From a virus, in the IMG/VR virus record IMGVR_UViG_3300033183_000017, positions 1 to 57,190 of that record: 57,190 bases of DNA; one strand, written 5' to 3'. Both the position numbers and the translations under genes were made by a program. Within the stretch, counting starts at the first letter, position 1, and each line of letters opens with the position of its first letter. Under the pieces are notes generated by a model, which did no database searches, had not been told where the DNA came from, and was given only the letters and a program-made list of their open reading frames with translations. Shown one piece after another: positions 40,658-49,152 of this stretch.

Positions 40658-41278
40658 ATGCTATCCTTTGCAGCGCTATCAGAAACAGCAATAGCAGAAT
40701 CCACTACGGTACTTGATGCTAGTGCCTATATGACAGGTGCCACATCTACGGCATCTGCAGGTACGCTTGGATATGACGCTAAGGCAAGCATTACTAATCC
40801 TGCAGCTACTGGTACTACATCTGCAGGTACACTAGATTATGATGCTAAGTCTAACACAACCCTACCTGCAGCTACAGCCACAACAAGCGCAGGTATTGTA
40901 GAAGCTAACCCACATGAAGACTTAGGTAGTGTATCAGCAGCCACATCTGCAGGTACTCTAAGCTATGACGCTAAGGCGAGTATTGTATTACCTGCAGCTA
41001 CAGCGACATTTGAGCTTGGTATCGAGTTTGACGCTAAAGCTAACATCACTCTTGATGCAGCTACAGCAGACGCAGACCTTACAGCAAATGACTTTGCAGA
41101 CGAAGACGCTCAAGCAAGTATAACTATAACAGGCGTATCCGCAGCCACAACAGCTAACTGGGACACCGACGATGGTATATACGCAGTGCAGGTTGTCTTT
41201 GCTGCTACAGACTTTGAAAGAAAGCGCTGTGTTAATATTGTGCCATACGGCAATTACAAAGTTTATGTTACACGATAG
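40658..41278 (+). CDS. structural-region protein with ~22-aa tandem repeats
   Basis: Repeats of the form TSAGTL.YDAKAS..LPAATAT. Confidence 0.6.
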   Translation: MLSFAALSETAIAESTTVLDASAYMTGATSTASAGTLGYDAKASITNPAATGTTSAGTLDYDAKSNTTLPAATATTSAGIVEANPHEDLGSVSAATSAGTLSYDAKASIVLPAATATFELGIEFDAKANITLDAATADADLTANDFADEDAQASITITGVSAATTANWDTDDGIYAVQVVFAATDFERKRCVNIVPYGNYKVYVTR

Positions 41279-41287
41279 GATATTATA

Positions 41288-41593
41288 ATGTCGTATAAAT
41301 GGCCTGACCTAGACCCAAACGAAGTACAAGCATACAGTGTTGATTGGTCACGTTTCCTAAATACAGGAGATACTATATCAAGTGTTGCATGGCTTGTTAA
41401 CGGTACTGTCACAGGTAGTTATGTCAACACAGATGGTCTAACGCTTCTGCAACCAACTAACACAAACACAGTAGCAACTGTACGTATTACAGGCGGTAAT
41501 GTGGGTACTAAGTATAAGATTAGCTGTCGAGTAACTACAGCCGATGGACTTGTGTATGAGCGTGGCATCTTCTTGACTATTAGGGAGCAATAA
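41288..41593 (+). CDS. hypothetical protein (101 aa)
   Basis: Track ORF. Confidence 0.55.
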   Translation: MSYKWPDLDPNEVQAYSVDWSRFLNTGDTISSVAWLVNGTVTGSYVNTDGLTLLQPTNTNTVATVRITGGNVGTKYKISCRVTTADGLVYERGIFLTIREQ

Positions 41594-41595
41594 TA

Positions 41596-42285
41596 ATGGC
41601 TTATGACTTTCTTGGTTTAGTCAACGATGTAAACAAACGACTTAACGAGGTTGAGCTTACTACAGCTAACTTTCCTAACACCACAGGTTATTACTCTTTT
41701 GTTAAGGAAGCGGTTAACTCTTCTATCCGTCACATCAATCAGGAAGAATATGAGTGGCCTTGGAATCACCGTGAAGAAGAGGTTACTCTTACTGTAGGTA
41801 TCTCTAAGTATCCTTACCCACTAGATGCTAAGACGTTGAACATGAACACGTTCCGCATCAAGCGCAGCGCTACTCACGGCAACTCAACAGTTAAGCTAAA
41901 GATACTACCTTACGAGGAATATCTTGACAAATATGTAGATAATGAGTATAACTCTGCAGCAAGTATTCGTAATGTTCCAGAGTATATTGTTAGAACACCT
42001 AGCAGAGAACTTATTTTAGTACCAACCCCAGATAAAGAATACGAACTTGTGTACGAGTATTTCCAACTAGGCTATGACCTAGAGTTACACAATGACGTAC
42101 CTACTCTCCCAGAACAATACAGAAATGTTATCGTAGATGGTGCCATGTATTATGTGTACCAGTTCCGTTCAGACACACAGATGGCAAGCCTATCACAACA
42201 GCGTTACGAAGATGGCATTAAGTATCTACGTAGCCAACATATAAATAGAACTAACTATATTCGTGACCGAAGAGTACACTTCTAA
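41596..42285 (+). CDS. tail tubular protein A (gp11)-like, putative
   Basis: Supported by its size (229 aa), its position before a ~600-aa protein, and an N-terminal LVNDVNKRLNEV...IRHINQEEYEWPWN layout reminiscent of T7 gp11. Confidence 0.45.
   Translation: MAYDFLGLVNDVNKRLNEVELTTANFPNTTGYYSFVKEAVNSSIRHINQEEYEWPWNHREEEVTLTVGISKYPYPLDAKTLNMNTFRIKRSATHGNSTVKLKILPYEEYLDKYVDNEYNSAASIRNVPEYIVRTPSRELILVPTPDKEYELVYEYFQLGYDLELHNDVPTLPEQYRNVIVDGAMYYVYQFRSDTQMASLSQQRYEDGIKYLRSQHINRTNYIRDRRVHF
41924..41952 (+). promoter_or_regulatory. intragenic promoter-like element TTGACA-N17-TATAAC
   Basis: TTGACA is at 41924..41929 and GAGTATAACT spans 41944..41953. Confidence 0.3.
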
Positions 42286-44132
42286 TGGCGACACAGTGGC
42301 AGACATACCCAGTAGAGTTTAGAGGCGGTTTGCTTTCTAACATGAGTTTACTGCAGCAGGGTACTAATGCTGTTGGTTCAGCTTCTGTTCTACAAAACTT
42401 TGAAGTAAACAAAGAAGGTGGGTACTCTAAGGTACGCGGCTTTGAAAAGTTTAGCGAAACAGAAATTCCCGGTACAGGTAATGTACTAGGACTAAAAGTT
42501 GTATCTTCAGGGCGTTACATCGCAGCACGTAAGGTAGATGCAGCAGCGGTTACAGCCTTATCAGATGTTACTGCAGATGTTAACGGTGCTGTCAGTGCAA
42601 GCACTAACGTAGTACTTGATGGTAACGATGGTACGATTGAAGTGGGTATGACTGTTACAGGTACAGGCATCTCAGGTACTGTAAAAGTAGACACAGTTAC
42701 AGACCAAAACAACATCGTACTAGACACAGCAGTTACAGTTGCAGATGATGTAGAACTTACGTTTGGTAAGATCGGTTCAGCAGATGTAAATAACACAGCA
42801 TACTACTACAGCACAGGTACTACTTGGAATTTCACTGCTGTAAGCGAGTCAGCAAACGGCGGTAATGTACGTCACGCAGAATATAACTTTGACGGTGATA
42901 ATAAGATTATATTCGTAGACGGTACTAACTATCCTAGTATCTATAACACGAATGGTAACACTCACACATTCTTAAGTGCATCTAGTAGTAACATTAACAC
43001 AGACGTACAGGGCGCAGAATTTGTAACTATCTTCAAGCGCACAGCCTTTTTTGCTAAAGACAACCTTCTTTTATTTACAGCCCCGTTTACTGTAGATAAT
43101 TTTAGTGTTGCTGATGGTGCAGGTAGCATTAGCCTAGCTCATGACATTACAGGTTTAGCTGTTTTCCGTGATCAACTTATTGTGTTTACTACAGACACCA
43201 TTAGTCGTCTTACAGGTAGCAGCCAAGCAGACTTCAGACTAGACCCTATCACAGAGAAAATTGGTTGCATCAACGGCGATACTATTCAAGAAGTTGGTGG
43301 CGACATCATGTACTTATCCGTTGATGGCATTCGTCAACTAAGTGCTACAGATCGTATTGGTGACTTTGCGTTGGACGTAGCGTCTGACAAGATCAAAAAA
43401 GACTTCACAGATTTTGTAGGTGGTTCTGCAACTTTTGCTTCTACTATATTTAGAAACAAATCACAGTATAGAATATTCAAGTTTAAGGCTAGTGAAAGAT
43501 TTACAGTAGCTAAAGGTTTGATCGCTACCAAAAAGACACCACAAGGTTCTGCGGGTATTGAGTGGTCTACACTAAAAGGGTTTAAGGTAAACGTTATTGA
43601 TAGTGTTTACTCAGGTACTGCAGAAGAGATAGGTTTTGCTAACAGTGATGGTTATGCATACACCATGGATGTTGGTAGTAATCTAGGTATTGCTGACGAG
43701 GGTACAGATTTTGAAGAAGAGATTCCTATTGAGGCTATCTTTGAGTCTGCGTATATGCCTATAGGTGACCCTCAAGTCAGAAAAACCCTGTACAAGTCTG
43801 TGTTCTATATAGACCCTACAGGTACTATTGACTTAGATTTAAACGTAAAGTTTGACTTTGAGTCTTCGTCACGTAACAACGTTGTTCAACCTAATAAAAT
43901 AGATATTACATCTACTGCAGGTGGTGTTGCTTTCTTTGGTGGCGGTTTAGCATTCGGAGCAACCGCAAGCTCTACTGTAGGTACCTTTGGTAGTACACTA
44001 GAAAAGATATATACTGTAAATATTATAGGCTCAGGTAATACTGTAGCGTTAAGAATAACAGACACAACAACAAATCCAACGTATACTCTGGACACTGCTG
44101 TTCTTGAGTACAAGACAAACGATAGACAGTAA
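42285..44132 (+). CDS. tail tubular protein B (gp12)/nozzle-like, putative
   Basis: 615 aa following the gp11-like gene with an ATGA-type junction. The call is positional. Confidence 0.45.
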   Translation: MATQWQTYPVEFRGGLLSNMSLLQQGTNAVGSASVLQNFEVNKEGGYSKVRGFEKFSETEIPGTGNVLGLKVVSSGRYIAARKVDAAAVTALSDVTADVNGAVSASTNVVLDGNDGTIEVGMTVTGTGISGTVKVDTVTDQNNIVLDTAVTVADDVELTFGKIGSADVNNTAYYYSTGTTWNFTAVSESANGGNVRHAEYNFDGDNKIIFVDGTNYPSIYNTNGNTHTFLSASSSNINTDVQGAEFVTIFKRTAFFAKDNLLLFTAPFTVDNFSVADGAGSISLAHDITGLAVFRDQLIVFTTDTISRLTGSSQADFRLDPITEKIGCINGDTIQEVGGDIMYLSVDGIRQLSATDRIGDFALDVASDKIKKDFTDFVGGSATFASTIFRNKSQYRIFKFKASERFTVAKGLIATKKTPQGSAGIEWSTLKGFKVNVIDSVYSGTAEEIGFANSDGYAYTMDVGSNLGIADEGTDFEEEIPIEAIFESAYMPIGDPQVRKTLYKSVFYIDPTGTIDLDLNVKFDFESSSRNNVVQPNKIDITSTAGGVAFFGGGLAFGATASSTVGTFGSTLEKIYTVNIIGSGNTVALRITDTTTNPTYTLDTAVLEYKTNDRQ

Positions 44133-44143
44133 GGACGTAACAC

Positions 44144-45958
44144 ATGGCAGGTTATCAGCGTCAAGATACAACAGGTCAATTAGCTAACGGCAATCCTATT
44201 GATGCCGACATCTTCAACGATGAGTATGATGCTATTGAATCCGCATTTAACGCATCGTCAGGACACACTCACGATGGTACTGCAGGTGGTGGTGCGCCTA
44301 TTGAGAGTATTGGCCCTAGTCAAGAACTAGAGGTCACAAGCGCTGCTGTGTTCCCAAAGAACAACAATCTTATTGATCACGGTAAAACAGCACTACGTTG
44401 GAAAGACGGCTACTACGGTGGTACTGTATACGCTGAAGACGCAGTGATCAACGATGATGCTTCTGTAGGTGGCGATCTTACTGTTACAGGAACAACTACA
44501 CTTAACGGTAATACTGTTGTAGGTGACGCTGCTACAGACACTGTTACAGTAAACGCGGATGTTGCGTCTAATCTTATACCAGATGCTACAGGTACTCGTA
44601 ACCTTGGTTCTAGCACGATGGAGTGGAATGACATATTCATCGACGGTACTGCCACCGTTGACACTCTTACTGTAGACGAGAACGCTACTGTAGCAGGAAC
44701 ACTAGATGTAACTGGCAATACAGGCATTGATGGTGACTTCGATATTGCCACAAACAAATTTACGGTGGCCTCTGCTACAGGTAATACTCTTGTAGCAGGT
44801 ACACTAGATGTCAATGGTGCCACTACTGTTGTTGGTGATGTAGATATTACAGGTGACACAGACATCACAGGTAATGGCCTAGTATCTGGTACCTTTGACG
44901 TAGGTGGTGCCACAGGTATTGACGGTAACTTTGACATTAACACAGACAAGTTTACCGTAGCGGCTATGACAGGTAATACAGTTATTGCTGGTACCTTAGA
45001 TGTCGGCGGTGCCTTTGGCATGGACGGTGACTTTGACGTAAATACAAACAAGTTCACTGTTGCTGCAGCTACAGGTAACACTGCTATTGCAGGTACCTTA
45101 GACGTTACTGGTAATCAGACAAACACAGGTGACCTAACTGTTAACGGCAATACTGTTTTGGGTGATGCTGCTACAGATACAGTTACGCTGAATGCAGATG
45201 TTGCATCTAACATCATCCCAGATACAACAAGTACGTACACAATCGGTGATTCGTCTAACTACTGGTCACACGGTTATATAGACGCTATCACTACTTCTGG
45301 TGATGTAGGTGTAGGCGGTGACGTAACAATCACAGGTGATCTAACAGTACAAGGTACAACAACTACAGTTAACTCTACTACTGTAGAGATCGCAGACTTG
45401 AACATCGAAGTTGCATCAAACGCAGCTACAGCAGCAGCGGCAAACGGTGGTGGCCTTACTGTAGGTGGTGCAGATGCCACTCTTACTTACGATTCCACTA
45501 CAGATCGTTGGGATATGAACAAAGACCTAGAGGTTGCAAACGTATATGCAGACCTTACAGGTGATGTTACAGGTAATGTTGACGGTATTATTGGCGGCAC
45601 TACACCTGCTGCAGTTACAGGTACAACAGTTCAGTTTAACACAGGTTTGACAGACGGTACCATTACGATTGATGGTTTTGTAGACGAAGATGATATGACA
45701 TCTGATAGTGATACAAAAGTACCAACACAACAATCGGTTAAGGCTTATGTAGACGCTGCAGTGGCAGGTGACGGCACAGGCGATATTGAGGTAGACACAG
45801 TTGATGCAACCACTATTGATTTAGGCGGTGGTACAGGTTGGACTATCACAGCCAACGGAACGACACTAGAGTTTAAATATAACGGCACAGTGCGATTTAA
45901 GATGACAAGCACTGGTACATTCCAAGCAGATGATGATGTAGAAGCAGAGGCATTCTAA
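44144..45958 (+). CDS. tail fibre protein 2
   Basis: The N-terminal IDADIFNDEYDAIESAFN..GHTHDGTAGGG pattern is common in phage fibres. There are multiple ~40-aa repeats (GNT..AGTLDV.G....DGDFD..TNKFTVA). Confidence 0.8.
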   Translation: MAGYQRQDTTGQLANGNPIDADIFNDEYDAIESAFNASSGHTHDGTAGGGAPIESIGPSQELEVTSAAVFPKNNNLIDHGKTALRWKDGYYGGTVYAEDAVINDDASVGGDLTVTGTTTLNGNTVVGDAATDTVTVNADVASNLIPDATGTRNLGSSTMEWNDIFIDGTATVDTLTVDENATVAGTLDVTGNTGIDGDFDIATNKFTVASATGNTLVAGTLDVNGATTVVGDVDITGDTDITGNGLVSGTFDVGGATGIDGNFDINTDKFTVAAMTGNTVIAGTLDVGGAFGMDGDFDVNTNKFTVAAATGNTAIAGTLDVTGNQTNTGDLTVNGNTVLGDAATDTVTLNADVASNIIPDTTSTYTIGDSSNYWSHGYIDAITTSGDVGVGGDVTITGDLTVQGTTTTVNSTTVEIADLNIEVASNAATAAAANGGGLTVGGADATLTYDSTTDRWDMNKDLEVANVYADLTGDVTGNVDGIIGGTTPAAVTGTTVQFNTGLTDGTITIDGFVDEDDMTSDSDTKVPTQQSVKAYVDAAVAGDGTGDIEVDTVDATTIDLGGGTGWTITANGTTLEFKYNGTVRFKMTSTGTFQADDDVEAEAF

Positions 45959-46950
45959 TGGCCCTACAGAACTCAGGTAAGATCACTTTAAAGGACATCC
46001 AAGGAGAGTTTGGCGGTACTGCCCCTCACTCTCTTAAGGAGTACTACGATGCTGCTAGTGGTGTACCTGCTAGTGGTACTATTAGTATTAAAGACTTTTA
46101 CGGAGTACAAGATACCACTGTTCTTACATCAGCAGCCTTGGTTAACGGTAAATCTAACCGTAAGCAAATTACTGCTTCTAGCTTTATTAGCGCGGGTGAA
46201 ATTCTTGAGATACCTGCTAACTTCTACGTCTGGTCTGATAGCACTTCAACAGCAGCCCTAACAGTAGACATACCTTGTACAATCCTTAACAAGGGCTTTA
46301 TTATTGGCAAGGGCGGTGCGGGTGCAGTTATCAGTGTATCCACCGCAGGTGGCGGTGGCCCTGCTATTAACGTTACGTCTACAGGAGTTACAATTACAAA
46401 CGAGTCAGGCGCTTACATCGCGGGTGGCGGTGGCGGCGGTGGCGCAGGTAACTGGCAAGGCGGCGGCGGTAACGAGTACGGTACAGGCAACCGTGCAGGT
46501 GGCGGCGGTGGTGCAGGAGGTGGTGCGGGCGGCACTGGCTCTTTCCCTAACTTTAACGACACTAGGGCGGGCGGCTCTGGTGGCGCTCTTGGAGCAGCAG
46601 GATCAGCAGGTCAGTCTGGTGGCGCTGGCGGTGGTGCTGGCGGCGGCGGTGGAGGCGGCGGTGGCGCAGGTGGGGGCGGTGGTCGCATCCTTCCCGGTAC
46701 TGGCGGTGCGGGTGGCTCTGGCACCAACGCAGGTGGTGTAGGTGGCGCTGCAGGTAACGTAGGTGGTAATCACAATTCTGGTAACGAGTGGTCATCTGCT
46801 GCAGGTGGCGGCGGTGGTTGGGGCGCACGTGGTGGCTCTGGCGGTAGTATTATTAGTGGTAGCTACGGTTCTTACGGTTCTGGTGGTGCTGCAATAACAG
46901 GAACATCTCGTACGCTTACTAACAACGGAACCATATACGGTACTACATAA
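45958..46950 (+). CDS. glycine-rich protein, paralog B (putative fibre-associated adhesin)
   Basis: 330 aa, a paralog of 39309..40259 (MALQNSG.I.L.DI, NRKQIT.SSFIS.GE.L.IP.N.YVWSDST, GGGGRILPG, GGGWGARGG, LTNNGTIYG). Confidence 0.7.
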   Translation: MALQNSGKITLKDIQGEFGGTAPHSLKEYYDAASGVPASGTISIKDFYGVQDTTVLTSAALVNGKSNRKQITASSFISAGEILEIPANFYVWSDSTSTAALTVDIPCTILNKGFIIGKGGAGAVISVSTAGGGGPAINVTSTGVTITNESGAYIAGGGGGGGAGNWQGGGGNEYGTGNRAGGGGGAGGGAGGTGSFPNFNDTRAGGSGGALGAAGSAGQSGGAGGGAGGGGGGGGGAGGGGGRILPGTGGAGGSGTNAGGVGGAAGNVGGNHNSGNEWSSAAGGGGGWGARGGSGGSIISGSYGSYGSGGAAITGTSRTLTNNGTIYGTT

Positions 46951-47084
46951 TGTCTAAGTTAGATATTTGTAAAGCTTGTGACAGATATAAAATGGGTATC
47001 TGTAAAGAGTGTGGCTGTATAGTAAGACTTAAAATACTAACCTCAGAAATAACTTGTCCTTTAGGTAAACACAATGTCGCTTAA
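46950..47084 (+). CDS. Cys-rich mini-protein (44 aa)
   Basis: Own translation MSKLDICKACDRYKMGICKECGCIVRLKILTSEITCPLGKHNVA, with a TAATG junction. Confidence 0.5.
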   Translation: MSKLDICKACDRYKMGICKECGCIVRLKILTSEITCPLGKHNVA

Positions 47085-47328
47085 CTTGACACCAGAAGAG
47101 CTAGAAGATATGCTAGATAGAGCAGCAAGGCGCGGTGCTAAAGAGGCACTTAAGTCTCTTGGGTTGTCTGATGATGATGCACCTAAAGACTTACATGAAT
47201 TGCGTAGCATACTTGAAGCATATCGTGACACAAAGAAGAGTATCTGGAATACTGCAGTAAGAATATCTACAGTAGCGCTGCTATCATTTATAGCTGCATC
47301 TGTGTGGATGCAAATAGGGAATAAATAA
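47074..47328 (+). CDS. small protein with C-terminal transmembrane helix
   Basis: 84 aa with VRISTVALLSFIAASVWMQI at the C-terminus. Confidence 0.55.
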   Translation: MSLNLTPEELEDMLDRAARRGAKEALKSLGLSDDDAPKDLHELRSILEAYRDTKKSIWNTAVRISTVALLSFIAASVWMQIGNK

Positions 47329-47330
47329 TT

Positions 47331-49139
47331 ATGGCTAAGAAGTTTGCAGGGTTTAAGCCTGAGACACTAACAAATAAGATTCTACCTGCGCTAGGATACA
47401 ACGGGCCTACTGATGATAAGTCTATCAACCAGTTCCTAGCATCTAACCCTGCGGCTGCAGCTAAGATGGGTAAGTACACACTAGCAGCTAGACGTGCCGT
47501 TGAGGGTAACCCTGTTAAAATGGCTGCAGGTGGTATGGGTAGTGCCTCTGCGATGACAAAGGCTATCACTGCTGATCCTAAGAAGCTCGTACAGAGAGCG
47601 CAAGTAACAGCAGATGATGGCGGTGCAGCAGCACAAGTAGACCCTATGGCAGGGCAAGCAGGTGCAGCACAACAAGCACAGGTAACTCAAGCTCAACCTG
47701 CGGCAGCAGCGGAAGCAGCGCCCGCTCAACCCGCAGCACAAGTTCAAGCCTCACAAGCAGCACCTGAAGTAGATAAAACACTACAGCAACAGCAAGCAGC
47801 ACAAGGTCAAGTAAGCCAAGATGCTCAGATGGAAGCTGCACAAGCTGATCCTACACAAGCCGCTTCTCTGCAGCTACAAGCAGCGCAAGGACAGGCTGCA
47901 CAGGTACAAGGTGCGCCAACACGTCAGTTAGAAACAGGTGAGCTTATTGACGGCTCTGCTGTAGATCAACAAAAAGTTCAAGACATCTACGGCGATGAGA
48001 AGCTAGAGGCAGCTACAGTCTCTGGTGAGCTAGAGAGCCTGATGGAAGACTTTGAGGGTGGCAAGACACCTCCTTGGGCAGCAGGGGCTATGCGTAACGC
48101 TAACGCCATGCTTGCAGCGCGTGGCATCGGTGCTTCGTCTATGGCAGGTATGGCTGTTGTACAAGCGGCTATGGAAGCTGCACTACCTATCGCACAGATG
48201 GATGCCAGCAATAAGCAACAGGTAGCCATGGAATCTGCCCGTCAACGTGCGCAGTTCCTAAACATGGAATTCACTCAAGAGTTCCAAACTAAAGTACAGA
48301 ACGCTGCTAAAATCAGCGAGATTGCTAACATGAACTTTACTGCTGACCAACAGGTGGCACTAGAGAATGCACGTATGGCACAGACCATGAACCTAGCTAA
48401 CTTGGATAATCGTCAAGCTAAGGTTATGGCTGATGCAGCAACCATGTCTCAGATGGATATGGCTAATCTAAACAACCGTCAGCAAGCACAAGTGCAAAAT
48501 GCTCAAGCATTCCTACAGATGGACATGACTAACCTGAGCAACGAACAGCAGATGAATATGTTCAAAGCACAAGAGCGTGTTAATGCTTTGATGTCAGACA
48601 CTGCAGCAGAGAATGCAGCTAAGCAGTTCAACGCTACATCTGAGAATCAGACTAACCAGTTCTTTGCATCACTACAGACACAGGTATCTCAGTTCAACAC
48701 AGAACAGAGCAACGCTATGTCTCGCTTTAACGCAGGTGAAGCTAACGCTCTAGGTCAGTTCAACGCAGCACAGGCAAACGCACGTGAACAGTTCAACGCT
48801 GCAAACCACCTTGTAGTAGCACAGGCTAATGCTCAGTGGGCGCAGTCTATTACTACAGCAGAGAATGCTGCAAACAACCAAGCTAACCGTGATGCTGCAT
48901 TAGCAGCAAACAACTTGACCATGACAGCGTACAACAATATTGTACAGCGTGAACGTGATACTCTTGCATGGGCTTGGCAGTCTGGTGAGAACGCAGCACA
49001 AAGGGATGCTAATATTGCTATCGCTAAGATTAACGCTGACAAGTCTGCTGGTGATACTGACGACATCGGCTTGTCAAGTGCCGCAGGTATCTTCTTGGGG
49101 CAAATCGCTATTAACGCCGCAGACCTATTATTTAACTAA
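47331..49139 (+). CDS. Gln/Ala/Asn-rich internal virion protein (putative)
   Basis: 602 aa with long low-complexity AQ/QA/NA tracts, located in the late cluster next to the muralytic protein. Confidence 0.6.
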   Translation: MAKKFAGFKPETLTNKILPALGYNGPTDDKSINQFLASNPAAAAKMGKYTLAARRAVEGNPVKMAAGGMGSASAMTKAITADPKKLVQRAQVTADDGGAAAQVDPMAGQAGAAQQAQVTQAQPAAAAEAAPAQPAAQVQASQAAPEVDKTLQQQQAAQGQVSQDAQMEAAQADPTQAASLQLQAAQGQAAQVQGAPTRQLETGELIDGSAVDQQKVQDIYGDEKLEAATVSGELESLMEDFEGGKTPPWAAGAMRNANAMLAARGIGASSMAGMAVVQAAMEAALPIAQMDASNKQQVAMESARQRAQFLNMEFTQEFQTKVQNAAKISEIANMNFTADQQVALENARMAQTMNLANLDNRQAKVMADAATMSQMDMANLNNRQQAQVQNAQAFLQMDMTNLSNEQQMNMFKAQERVNALMSDTAAENAAKQFNATSENQTNQFFASLQTQVSQFNTEQSNAMSRFNAGEANALGQFNAAQANAREQFNAANHLVVAQANAQWAQSITTAENAANNQANRDAALAANNLTMTAYNNIVQRERDTLAWAWQSGENAAQRDANIAIAKINADKSAGDTDDIGLSSAAGIFLGQIAINAADLLFN

Positions 49140-49152
49140 TACGGAAAACATT

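Noticed and set aside
44413-45081. Long antisense ORFs inside big late genes (e.g. 44413..45081, 32498..33076, 30917..31309, 49506..49919, 53724..54008)
   Set aside because: They lie fully inside well-supported sense genes, are Ser/Ala/Pro/Val-rich, and have no SD. This is typical of antisense shadows in genes with biased codon usage.
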